Positions 28,019 through 36,783 are shown, counted from the stretch's first letter. The stretch is 64,000 nucleotides of DNA from Candidatus Omnitrophota bacterium (GCA_043821285.1 JBDRCZ010000019.1:2234-66233); one strand, 5' to 3'. Program-made: numbers and translations. Notes: a model not told the origin generated them from the sequence alone.

Positions 28019-28825
28019 TCATAAATAGCGATAAATGTAATCCGGTACCGGATGCTCGACCTGTGTTAAAATAAACCCTAACACCTTTACCTTTGCCTGT
28101 TCAAGTAATGACCTGGCCTGTTTGACCATCCCGCGCTGAGTTCGGTGCAATTGTACAACTAAAATTGCCCCATCCGCCAGTTGGCCGATTATTCCCGGGT
28201 CAGTAAGCGGTATAATTGGCGGAGTATCAATAATCACATAGTCGAATTTCGTTCTAATTTCTGTTAGTAACTTTTTCATTTTAGCACTAGAAAGCAATTC
28301 CGCAGGATTATACGGCGGGATACCTTTTGTCAGAATTTTTAAACTAGTAAATGCCGTTTTTACCAATGCCTCTTCAATCGGAACATTTTCACATAATACC
28401 TCTGAAAGTCCTTTTGTAGAATTTATCCCTAACAGTTTCTCAATCCGGCCTTTCCTGATATCCGCGTCAATAAGCAAGACATTACGGTTATTCGGATCAA
28501 CTGCCAAGGCCATTGCTAAATTCAAGGCAGTTACAGATTTTCCCTCATTGTGAATGGAAGATGTAACAACAATCATCTTTGGCGGATTTGCTGAGTTTAT
28601 TGATTGAATGTTTGTCCGCAAAACGCGGTATTGCTCGGTAACCGGTGAATTTTTATCATGATAAACAATAACATGTGGATCAACACTGCTGTCTTTAATC
28701 ATATCACCAACCACAAACACTGTTTTTTCATTCAATCCCCCGCGCAAAATATTCAGACGTTCTTTTGTTGTCTTCCTTACCCCATCGCCTTTCTTCCCCA
28801 TTATTTTCTCCTTAAATAATGACAT
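28019..28825 (-). CDS. Tyrosine-protein kinase (BY-kinase, CpsD/EpsB-type cytoplasmic ATPase domain)
   Basis: 268 aa. Walker A VTSSIHNEGKSVTALNLA, Walker A' VLLIDADIRKG and Walker B YVIIDTPP. Confidence 0.8.
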   Translation of the reverse strand: MSLFKEKIMGKKGDGVRKTTKERLNILRGGLNEKTVFVVGDMIKDSSVDPHVIVYHDKNSPVTEQYRVLRTNIQSINSANPPKMIVVTSSIHNEGKSVTALNLAMALAVDPNNRNVLLIDADIRKGRIEKLLGINSTKGLSEVLCENVPIEEALVKTAFTSLKILTKGIPPYNPAELLSSAKMKKLLTEIRTKFDYVIIDTPPIIPLTDPGIIGQLADGAILVVQLHRTQRGMVKQARSLLEQAKVKVLGFILTQVEHPVPDYIYRYL

Positions 28826-29061
28826 AATTTATGGCGCTGCCAAGCGACATAAATTATCTGTCATAATTTAATCCGCCAGCTTGTTAGGCGAATATTAAAA
28901 TGTTCCTTAAATGACCCGCAGTTCTGTCAAATACTTAACCACAGAGGTCACAGAGAGACTTGAGAACAAAACACTTATACCTGCCTGCCGGCAGGCAGGT
29001 GTGGTTTCTTTCATTTTATTTTTGACGTTACCTGGCCCGCCATGGTTTTAGCGGGGGAACT

Positions 29062-30342
29062 TTAACTCATCAACGAAGTAACAATTCCTATTATAATCAA
29101 GCAAACAATAATAATTACGGCAACAATAATTGCTTTTTTCTGCTTTATTGCTTCTTTATTTACCTCTTCTATGGTGCTAATTTTCGAAATTGCTCCTAAT
29201 ATTGGTAATTCGAGTACGGTCTTTGCATCCTCTACCGATTTAAAAGAGTGGTCTGTATATTCCCGGCCAAAAACACATCCTACCCCTAAAAATCCACCCA
29301 AGACAAAACCCAAAAAAGAAATTATTAATTTATTAGGCTTTTTCGGCCTTAGCGGTATCCGGGCCGGATCAATTATCTTAAAACGTGTACCTTCACGGGA
29401 AGATTCTAAGCGCTGAGTAATCTTCGCCGTTTCCAGCCGCTCAAGCAGCATATCATATATCTTCTCATTAACCGAAGTATCCCGTGCTTCTGATGTCCCG
29501 AGTTTGTCAAGCATCATCAACGCATATAAATTTTCAGTGGCATTAGGGTCATCCCTGCTTAATGCGCTGATCACCCCTTCTTTTTCATAACGTTGTTTTA
29601 GCTTTTTAATTTCTTCGTGGATATTTCCATACAACGGACTGGCTTTAGAGATATTAGGTTCAGTAATAATTTCACTATTTAATTCTTCTTCTAAGATTTT
29701 GACCTTTTTACGTAAATCCGCTACCTGAGGATGTTCTTCAGTGACATCAGATAATAAATTATCCAGCTGTTCCTTATAACCGGCAAGTTCCGCTTCTTTT
29801 ATTTTGTGTCGATATACATTCAACTGGTCCTCAATGAACTTTATCGCGACATCCGCTTCTTTACCCTGAGATTTTAAGTGTTCTTCGATGAAAATATCTG
29901 TAATATTTCTTACGATCTGCTGCACGACCTGAGGGATTTTCCCCTGATAACTGATGAGAATAATTTCTGGTCCCCGCATTCTTACGGAAATATTTTTTTT
30001 TAAATCCAGAATAAGCCCTTCATATTCTAGAGGATTTTTTATCCCTTTATCCAGCTTTAGACGCTCGACCAGTTTAACCAACCGGTTCCAGCCTAAAATT
30101 TCTTCCTTGAGAGTCTGGTATCGTTGGATCACACTTGTTGAAACGGCAATCCCGCTGATCAAAGGATTTATAACCTTTTCCTCCTCAACCAAAATAACAG
30201 CATTTGATTCATATATTTTGGGCATAAAAAAACTTGCCGCGCTAAATAGCACAAATGTCACATACCATGGCACAAATAAAAACCACTTCTGCCTGAACAG
30301 AACACGGACATAATCTAAAATCGTCAAAGTATGTGTATCCAC
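29062..30342 (-). CDS. Polysaccharide co-polymerase / chain-length determinant (Wzz/GumC/EpsA-type PCP). GTG start.
   Basis: 426 aa. An N-terminal TM (FLFVPWYVTFVLFSAASFF), a long coiled-coil periplasmic region and a C-terminal TM with a G-rich stretch. Together with the adjacent BY-kinase this forms a split PCP2b arrangement. AAGGAGG sits 5 nt before the GTG. Confidence 0.7.
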   Translation of the reverse strand: MDTHTLTILDYVRVLFRQKWFLFVPWYVTFVLFSAASFFMPKIYESNAVILVEEEKVINPLISGIAVSTSVIQRYQTLKEEILGWNRLVKLVERLKLDKGIKNPLEYEGLILDLKKNISVRMRGPEIILISYQGKIPQVVQQIVRNITDIFIEEHLKSQGKEADVAIKFIEDQLNVYRHKIKEAELAGYKEQLDNLLSDVTEEHPQVADLRKKVKILEEELNSEIITEPNISKASPLYGNIHEEIKKLKQRYEKEGVISALSRDDPNATENLYALMMLDKLGTSEARDTSVNEKIYDMLLERLETAKITQRLESSREGTRFKIIDPARIPLRPKKPNKLIISFLGFVLGGFLGVGCVFGREYTDHSFKSVEDAKTVLELPILGAISKISTIEEVNKEAIKQKKAIIVAVIIIVCLIIIGIVTSLMS

Positions 30343-30423
30343 CTTACCTCCTTAAATGAGCAGACAATTTACAGAGTATAAGCTCTGTAAATTGCAGGAC
30401 TACGTCCGTCTGCGAATTTAACA

Positions 30424-31158
30424 TTAACGCTTACCTATTGACTCAATTACTGCTGCTTTATAAAATGGATTTACAATCTGGTCCAAAACCACTCCTAATT
30501 TTCCAAACATGGTAAATGGCACATAAACAATATCACCGGATTCAAGTTGTATATTTTGCGATAAATCTCCTTCATATAGCAAGGCTAATAAATTAATCTT
30601 TTTCACTTTTACCTTTTTTTCGTTGGGTGCCGGGGTAATAATACGGGTTTTGCGCATTGAGGCCAAATGTGTCGTTAATCCCGCAGCAAGCACTGCTTCT
30701 CTCACGGTCAAAATATTCCCTCTCATTGGATACTCACCGGGTCTGGCCACCGCGCCAATAACATAAATCTTTTTACTGTTAAATTCCGCAATGGAAAGGA
30801 TAACTTCAGGTTGTTTAACAAACTTTGTCAATTCTTCCAGGAGTTTTTCCTTAATTTGTTTTGTTGTTAAATCTCCAACTTTTATATCTCCGACAAATAC
30901 ATATTGAATAGTCCCATCATGTCTAACTCTAAATCTGCCGCTTAGTTCTGAATGCCGCTGTACTTGTATATCGAGAACATCTCCTATGCCAAGAATATAA
31001 TCTTCTAATATATATACTTCTGATGCATTATATTCATTATCAACTCTAATGCCAATTTCATCTTCTTGCTCTTTATCATCTAAAGCAAAAACATTCGTAC
31101 AGGAACAAAACGCAGATATAATTATTATCACCAACATTGTTATTTTTCTAAAAAACAT
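30424..31158 (-). CDS. Polysaccharide export protein (Wza/OPX family; Poly_export + SLBB)
   Basis: 244 aa. An N-terminal signal peptide with a cysteine (lipobox-like FCSC), and YILGIGDVLDIQV / GDIKVGDLT polysaccharide-export and SLBB motifs. RBS AAGGAGGG. Confidence 0.75.
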   Translation of the reverse strand: MFFRKITMLVIIIISAFCSCTNVFALDDKEQEDEIGIRVDNEYNASEVYILEDYILGIGDVLDIQVQRHSELSGRFRVRHDGTIQYVFVGDIKVGDLTTKQIKEKLLEELTKFVKQPEVILSIAEFNSKKIYVIGAVARPGEYPMRGNILTVREAVLAAGLTTHLASMRKTRIITPAPNEKKVKVKKINLLALLYEGDLSQNIQLESGDIVYVPFTMFGKLGVVLDQIVNPFYKAAVIESIGKR

Positions 31159-31354
31159 TTTGCCCTCCTTAGTTTAAGAACGGTTCTGTCAAAAATATCT
31201 GCACATTTTTTAAAGCACTCACAGAGCATAAGCACCCATAGGACACAAGCAGCCACTGATTACTCAGATTAAATTGATTTTATTCTTTTAAATCCTGCTC
31301 TAAATCTGTGGTTGCATTTAATTCTTTCATAGGATTTTTGACACTACCTAAGAA

Positions 31355-31546
31355 CTAGTACAATGTTTCATGAAACGACCGGATAGATTCAAGCTCTTCC
31401 TGTGTATAGACACGCCAACCGCGATAATCTCTTTTTGGCCTGCTTATTTTACCAGATTTCTCCCATCGCATAATCGTTTTGGTCGTTACCCCAAGGGTCC
31501 GGGCAATATCAGTAATTGTCATTCTGCCATTATCTACCACTTTCAA
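31355..31546 (-). CDS. Small MerR/excisionase(AlpA)-type helix-turn-helix DNA-binding protein, probably TTG-initiated
   Basis: 63 aa. MTITDIARTLGVTTKTIMRWEKSGKISRPKRDYRGWRVYTQEELESI matches the MerR-type HTH. AGGAGG precedes the TTG. Confidence 0.55.
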   Translation of the reverse strand: MKVVDNGRMTITDIARTLGVTTKTIMRWEKSGKISRPKRDYRGWRVYTQEELESIRSFHETLY

Positions 31547-31589
31547 ACCTCCTCGTTAAATGATTGGTTCTGTCAAAAGTATCCGCATA

Positions 31590-31700
31590 TTTTGCAAAGC
31601 AACCGCAGGTTTTCAATATATAAAAAAATTTCTCATACTGCATAACCTCATCACCTTGGAATAATACCATGCAGTCTTGCAGCAGGAATAATAAAGGTGA
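31590..31700 (+). promoter_or_regulatory. Copy F of the promoter module oriented on the plus strand (TTGGAATAATACC extended -10 near 31665). It points into an ORF-less AT-rich region.
   Basis: CATACTGCATAACCTCATCACCTTGGAATAATACC matches the minus-strand reading of copy A (GGTACTGCATAACCTCATCAGTTTGGCATAATACC). Confidence 0.4.
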
Positions 31701-32085
31701 AAGAGGATTTTTATTCGGTACAGACTTTTCATGAAATACCCATACTGTCTTATACATCTATGCACTAAAAAATAAGCAGCAATATAGCGCGTATTTATGC
31801 TGCCGGTTAAAGCATATTAGATATATTAGCATATACTGTGCCAAAATATCTAAGACAGTCCAGATAAATAAAAAAATCAGTTTTCTATATTTATAACTGA
31901 TTAATCATCAATAAGTTATAATTTATTATTTTATTTTATTTTCGAGCAATTTTTTTAAAGAATATTTTTGTAAAATTCAAAAATGTCCATATAAAACAAC
32001 ATTATTTGTAAAAAAATAAATATTTTATATCCTAACTCATTTTATTTTAAATAGTTCTAAATAATGTCTAAAAATATAATCACCA

Positions 32086-32122
32086 TAAAAATACCCTGCA
32101 GCACGCTACAGGGTTATTTTTA
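32086..32122. terminator. Bidirectional intrinsic terminator AAAAATA-CCCTGCAGCACGCTACAGGG-TTATTTTTA
   Basis: A GC-rich 8-bp stem flanked by an A-tract and a T-tract. It can terminate rnpB (minus) and any plus-strand transcript from 31.7 kb. Confidence 0.65.
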
Positions 32123-32228
32123 TGCTGGAAAACGCAAGTATTTTCCAATTATCCGCCTTACTGAATGCAAACACATTTTTTTATCGCGAAGCGGATAAAT
32201 GATTATTTTTGCGTAGCAAAAATAAAAA

Positions 32229-32593
32229 GAGCAAACCGATAAGCCGAGTTCTGTATTCCAGCAAATTGCTGAAACGATGGTCATCTATCTATCACTAGTG
32301 TTACCACTAGTTTTAAGCAACCATACCCGCCCTGCTGCCTCATAAAAGGCAATGAACGAGCCGTTCAATACAGGGACCTATTTGGTCTTGCTCTACGTAG
32401 AGATTGCCACGTTTCACCCCCCATTATCCGCTATAATTATAGCGAAGTAACCAAATGGAGACTCGTCTCTGTTGCTCTAATCCTCTTGCCACGATTTAAT
32501 GGCAAGGACGGGCGTTACCCGCTACGCTGCTCTATAGAGCTCGGACTTTCCTCCCCGTGGTAAAATACCACGGAGCGACCATCTGGTCTGCTC
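32229..32593 (-). ncRNA. rnpB: RNase P RNA (bacterial type A)
   Basis: The minus strand reads 5'-GAGCAGACCAGAUGGUCGCUCCGUGGUAUUUUACCACGGGGAGGAAAGUCCGAGCUC... (the universally conserved P4 GGAAAGUCCG). It ends ...ACAGAACUCGGCUUAUCGGUUUGCUC-3' (the conserved P4 3' strand ACAGAAnCCGGCUUA). P1 pairing between the ends and a P3 hairpin CCGUGGuauuuuaCCACGG are present. Confidence 0.85.
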
Positions 32594-33000
32594 TTTTTAG
32601 TTGCTTTATCTATTGCTTGTGCAGCTAATTTATCCGCAAGACTATTTTTTTCACGTTTAACATGTTTTAATTCCAGCCGTTCAAACCGGATAAGCAGCTT
32701 TTTTACTCTATTATAAAGCGGTCTTATATTTTTACTTTTTATTTTATACTCGCCGCTAACTTGTTTAACTATCAATTCACTGTCTGAATAAACAATGATA
32801 TGCGCGTATCTTAAATTAGCTGCTTCTTCTAACGCACAGATCAGCGCGGTATATTCTGCAACATTATTTGTTGCAGTGCCAATATAACGGGATATTTCCT
32901 TATAAAAATCATTTTGATCTTTAAAAACCACCCCGATACCTGCGGGGCCAGGATTTCCCTGCGATGCCCCATCAACATTAATTACCAGATTACTCCGCAA
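32515..33000 (-). CDS. rnhA: Ribonuclease HI (RNase H type 1). TTG start. Its C-terminal ~26 codons overlap the 5' end of rnpB.
   Basis: 161 aa. VDGASQGNPGPAGIG, NNVAEYTALICALE, YSDSELIV and REKNSLADKLA match the RNase H1 D-E-D-D catalytic motifs. Confidence 0.75.
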   Translation of the reverse strand: MRSNLVINVDGASQGNPGPAGIGVVFKDQNDFYKEISRYIGTATNNVAEYTALICALEEAANLRYAHIIVYSDSELIVKQVSGEYKIKSKNIRPLYNRVKKLLIRFERLELKHVKREKNSLADKLAAQAIDKATKKSRPDGRSVVFYHGEESPSSIEQRSG

Positions 33001-33165
33001 AATCTTTGTTCCTTAATAAAAAAATTCCTTATCATCGATTATCCCGGCATGCAAGACCTCAGGGTATTGCGCCGGCTGTATAATCTTTTGTATCACCGGA
33101 ATTTTTTATACATTTAAAAACCATAGGTTTTTAAGCTTTCCCGCAATAATGTCACCCTGCAGCAA
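33001..33165 (-). promoter_or_regulatory. Copy D of the promoter/leader module before rnhA (palindrome AAAAACCataGGTTTTT, ...AAGGAATTTTTTTATTAAGGAAC)
   Basis: Sequence comparison with copies A and C. Confidence 0.45.
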
Positions 33166-33186
33166 AACTACCGGGAATAGGCAAGT

Positions 33187-33906
33187 TTAACCTTCTTCCT
33201 TCACATACAAGATCCGTGCACACCGTTCACACAAGATCAGATTGTTATTCATTTTAATTTCATTTATGACCTGAGGCGGTGTAATCATAAAACAACCACA
33301 GCACATACTATCTTTTACCTCTACAATCCCAAGACTGTCATTCTTCCCGTTGATAATTCGCTCGTATCTTGCTAATATTTCTTTATCAACTTTTGTACTT
33401 ATTTGTGCTCTTTGCAAATTAAGCTGATTTATTTTATCATCAAGCTCCCGCATCGCGATTTCAATGGCAGCAATTTTTTGTTTTGTTAAATCTTCATCTT
33501 CCTTTAATTCATTTTTTTCCTTATCTATTTCTTTTTTTGTTGAATCAATTTTCTCAAGCAGCTTAATAACTTCTTCTTCCAATAACGAGTTATCTGCCTT
33601 CGTCTTATTAATTTCAAGCTGTAATGCTGAATATTCTTTATTTGTCTTTACCTGATAAAGTTGTAACTGCTGTTTTTTTACTGATTCTTCTTTAGTTTGA
33701 AGCTCAAGCTCTTTCGCTTTGCGTTCAAGTTGTGTTTTTTTATAGTTCTCTTCTTTTGTTCTAAAGGAGGTAAGTCTGTGTTCAATACTGTTTTTTAACT
33801 CAGTGATTAGATCTGGTTTTTCGTTTTTTTCTGCAACTAAGGCAGCAGCTTCAGAATCAATCTCTTGCATTTCCATCAACAACTTAAGCTGCTCATTTAT
33901 ATTCAT
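33187..33906 (-). CDS. Coiled-coil protein with a C-terminal C4 zinc ribbon (COG1579-type)
   Basis: 239 aa. A long heptad-rich region is followed by CCGCFMITPPQ...CERCARILY. Confidence 0.55.
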   Translation of the reverse strand: MNINEQLKLLMEMQEIDSEAAALVAEKNEKPDLITELKNSIEHRLTSFRTKEENYKKTQLERKAKELELQTKEESVKKQQLQLYQVKTNKEYSALQLEINKTKADNSLLEEEVIKLLEKIDSTKKEIDKEKNELKEDEDLTKQKIAAIEIAMRELDDKINQLNLQRAQISTKVDKEILARYERIINGKNDSLGIVEVKDSMCCGCFMITPPQVINEIKMNNNLILCERCARILYVKEEG

Positions 33907-33979
33907 TTTTCGATTCTCGTCCTTATATTAATAATCTGCACTGAACCATTTGCTACTAGCTATGTGCCACATGCCAACA

Positions 33980-34056
33980 TGGTGGGCGCAATAGGACTCG
34001 AACCTATGACCTCTCGGATGTGAACCGAACGCTCTAACCAACTGAGCTATGCGCCC
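33980..34056 (-). tRNA. tRNA-Val (anticodon CAC), CCA encoded
   Basis: The reverse complement GGGCGCATAGCTCAGTTGGTTAGAGCGTTCGGTTCACATCCGAGAGGTCATAGGTTCGAGTCCTATTGCGCCCACCA folds as a cloverleaf. Anticodon loop is TTCACAT. Confidence 0.85.
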
Positions 34057-34129
34057 GAATTGACAAATGTCCTGTGGCCAATAGCAAATAGTTAACTATT
34101 TTCTACCGGCTATTTACCACATGCCAACT

Positions 34130-34205
34130 TGGTGGGCCCACAAGGACTCGAACCTTGGACCAAGAGATTATGAGTCTCCTGCTCTGCCAACTGAGCTATG
34201 GGCCC
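34130..34205 (-). tRNA. tRNA with anticodon CAT: elongator tRNA-Met or lysidine-modified tRNA-Ile2 (not initiator type). CCA encoded.
   Basis: The reverse complement GGGCCCATAGCTCAGTTGGCAGAGCAGGAGACTCATAATCTCTTGGTCCAAGGTTCGAGTCCTTGTGGGCCCACCA. It has a G1-C72 pair and no three-GC anticodon stem, so it is not an initiator. Confidence 0.8.
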
Positions 34206-34241
34206 GGTTTTAAAACAGTTGCGTTTTTAATTTTGGAATTT

Positions 34242-34270
34242 AATATACCATTTTAAACTTTTTTTGTCAA
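34242..34270 (-). promoter_or_regulatory. Sigma70-like promoter for the tRNA-Met/tRNA-Val unit (TTGACA-17-TATATT)
   Basis: The minus strand reads TTGACAaaaaaagtttaaaatggTATATT about 35 nt upstream of the tRNA 5' end. Confidence 0.45.
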
Positions 34271-34406
34271 TTCATAATTCCTACAGACAAGATAATTTTT
34301 ATAACAGTATATTGAGATCAGAAATTGTTTCGTGCTTAGAGCTTCACCTGCCTGCCACCGGTAATAATCTTGTCATTATCTACCGCGTTAGGTGCGGCCA
34401 AATTTT

Positions 34407-35726
34407 TCAGAAAACTAAACCGTCGCAAAACTGATAAATTATCAATAAGGAAATCGCCATAGAAAAGACGATTTTTTGTAAAGGGTTCAATATAAATATT
34501 TCTTTTTTTTGATAATAAAAATAAATTCCAAGCAGCAGCCAAAATAAAAATGAAACCTGTAAGATATAAAAACTATAACTTAATAAGTTATGCACGAAAA
34601 ATGAAACAATTGCACAAAATACGCCAAGAATAACGAAATTATTTCTAATATATTTTATTGTAGATAAAATATGTCCGGTTATTAGGATAAAGACAATAAA
34701 TGGGAAAATACCGTTTTCCGCAAAAATCTGTAAAAAGCTATTATGGACAAATTTTGTTTCATTGGCTTGCGGATATTTATATTCCGGATAAATAATGCCA
34801 AAATTTCCCCCGCCGACACCAAAGATAAAATTGTCTCGAATCATGTTTATTGCCGACTTCCAATAATACAATCTATTAAAAAAAGAATTACTAATATTCG
34901 AATCCGTTGTGGTTTTTAACCGCAATAATGCAACTACCGCAATAATGAGCAGTAAGCATATTAAAAAACAACCGATAAAAACAAATACTTTGCGTTTTTG
35001 TCTCTTGGCTATTTTTAATTTGTGCGCTATAATAAAAAATACCAGCAGCCCGATTAAAAAACCTATTAATGCCCCAATAGATTTTGTAAAAAACAACATC
35101 ACTAACCCCGTAAAAAATAATATAATAAAAATTATTATCTTTTTTATCTGTGTAATGTTTCCGACCATTATGCCAAAACAAACCAAAAGCATCATGCTTA
35201 TATATCCGGCAAAAAGGTTTGGCGAGGGAAAAAATGAAACGATACGTCTGGTTTGCATAATTTCTTTTAGATAGGGGTGTTTAATCAATGAAATATTATT
35301 TTGGACAATATATTCCTGCAGTACACTATATCCCCAAAAGTATTGATACCCGCCGCGCAGTAGTGTTATGACCAAAGATAATAAGATAATAACCCGGCAA
35401 GCGTTGGCATCTTTTTCATCAAACTGCAGGGTTATCATGAAAATAGAATAACACACCAATAAATCAATTAAAAAATTGATCGTGCGATAAGTATTTACGG
35501 AAACTGTAAGACTAACAATTACCGAGCTAAAAAACAAAATTAATAACGCAGTTAAAACTCTATTAAATTTTATTTCTTTGCTCCGCCAGATAAAAAATAT
35601 CACAAAGATAAACCAGAGTAATTTATAATAGCTTGCCGTAACCGGATAAACACTATCCGCAATAAATGAGCGGGCAAAAACAAATAAAAATAAAATAATA
35701 ATTGTCGGCTTAAGATTTTTTAGCAC
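34407..35726 (-). CDS. O-antigen ligase family (Wzy_C) polytopic membrane protein
   Basis: 439 aa and highly hydrophobic. A loop with HNSFLQIFAENGIF resembles the O-antigen ligase conserved H/N-S motif. Confidence 0.55.
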   Translation of the reverse strand: MLKNLKPTIIILFLFVFARSFIADSVYPVTASYYKLLWFIFVIFFIWRSKEIKFNRVLTALLILFFSSVIVSLTVSVNTYRTINFLIDLLVCYSIFMITLQFDEKDANACRVIILLSLVITLLRGGYQYFWGYSVLQEYIVQNNISLIKHPYLKEIMQTRRIVSFFPSPNLFAGYISMMLLVCFGIMVGNITQIKKIIIFIILFFTGLVMLFFTKSIGALIGFLIGLLVFFIIAHKLKIAKRQKRKVFVFIGCFLICLLLIIAVVALLRLKTTTDSNISNSFFNRLYYWKSAINMIRDNFIFGVGGGNFGIIYPEYKYPQANETKFVHNSFLQIFAENGIFPFIVFILITGHILSTIKYIRNNFVILGVFCAIVSFFVHNLLSYSFYILQVSFLFWLLLGIYFYYQKKEIFILNPLQKIVFSMAISLLIIYQFCDGLVF

Positions 35727-36738
35727 ACTTAATTTTTTCCCTGAGGGTTTTTCTCTTATTATAGGCGCTTTTAAAATATTTTAAATTTTTAATCGTATCC
35801 CTGATCAAATACGGCTCAAACAATAAAACATATCCCCAAAGTTTTAGCTCATAGCATATTATAAATGGCAAAGTTAACAAAAAATCTGGCAAAGTATCAT
35901 TTTTAATCATCGCCATATAACGGTTTTTTACGAGATGCGTTTTAAGCTCGCGGGGAAGCCAGCTGAAATTATATTTTTCAAGAAATTTAAATTTAGGTTT
36001 TTTGCTCTTTGCCGTGCCACCTCTTACGTGATAGGCAACCGCCCCTGGTACATAATAGGCCTTCCAGCCCAAGAGATTTGCCCGCCAGCTCAAATCCAGG
36101 TCTTCGTAAAAAATCTGAAAATCTTCGTCAAAATACTCGCCGTTTAATTTTATATCTTCCAGCATTTCACGTTTAAAAAGAACTGCCACTGCCGCTGCAC
36201 CAAAAATATATTCGGCTTTATTATATCGGCCTATGTCTATCGTCCCATAGCCGCGCTCTACCGGTTTGCGCGATTTGCCGAGGAAAAGTCCGGTAGTATC
36301 AATCGTCTTTTTATCCTGCCGCAAGACTTTCCCGCAGGCCATACCAGCTTTAGGATACAATGTAAGCGCTTCTACTAACTTCGTGATGAACAAAGGTTCA
36401 AGTTCCACATCATCATTCAGGCACAGGATTAACTCTCCTTTTGTCAAATTTATCCCAATATTCTGAGATTTTGCAAATAGCAGATTTTCATTATTCATCA
36501 CTAATTTTACATGGGGAAAGTTTACCCTGACAGATTCCCATAGATTACCATCTATGCTATTTGTCACTAAAATGACTTCCAGGGGGGTGTATGTTTGTTG
36601 GCTTAAAGAACGCAGGCAGTTAAGATAATCGTCATTACTGCCACAGGTTGGAATAATAACCGCAACTGAATTTTCCGGTGATTTATTCATGGCAAATAGG
36701 CAATTACCTCTACCGGGACTTTCACCCTGTTCGGGCAC
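35710..36738 (-). CDS. Glycosyltransferase family 2
   Basis: 342 aa. VIIPTCGSNDDYLNCLRSLSQQTY (GT-A N-terminus), LCLNDDVE (DxD) and a C-terminal TM-associated region. Confidence 0.8.
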   Translation of the reverse strand: MPEQGESPGRGNCLFAMNKSPENSVAVIIPTCGSNDDYLNCLRSLSQQTYTPLEVILVTNSIDGNLWESVRVNFPHVKLVMNNENLLFAKSQNIGINLTKGELILCLNDDVELEPLFITKLVEALTLYPKAGMACGKVLRQDKKTIDTTGLFLGKSRKPVERGYGTIDIGRYNKAEYIFGAAAVAVLFKREMLEDIKLNGEYFDEDFQIFYEDLDLSWRANLLGWKAYYVPGAVAYHVRGGTAKSKKPKFKFLEKYNFSWLPRELKTHLVKNRYMAMIKNDTLPDFLLTLPFIICYELKLWGYVLLFEPYLIRDTIKNLKYFKSAYNKRKTLREKIKCAKKS

Positions 36739-36783
36739 AGAGCTTGCTCGGCTGTACTTTCGTGTTCTCTATGCTAAAATTTT

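Noticed and set aside
31355-31546. Excisionase of an integrated mobile element (the small HTH protein is Xis/AlpA-like and sits near tRNA genes)
   Set aside because: There is no integrase, no phage or conjugation genes, and no att-like duplication of the tRNA 3' ends. The context (head of the wza-wzz-kinase operon, shared upstream motif) fits a locus regulator better.
28920-31578. TTGACA within TTTGACAGAACC acting as a sigma70 -35 hexamer
   Set aside because: In two of three cases the Shine-Dalgarno begins about 20 nt downstream, leaving no room for a -10 element and transcript start. It was kept as a candidate operator instead.
32066-32206. 46-codon plus-strand ORF (MSKNIITIKIPCSTLQGYFYAGKRKYFPIIRLTECKHIFLSRSG)
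   Set aside because: It contains the bidirectional terminator hairpin in its middle and has no RBS. It is more likely non-coding.
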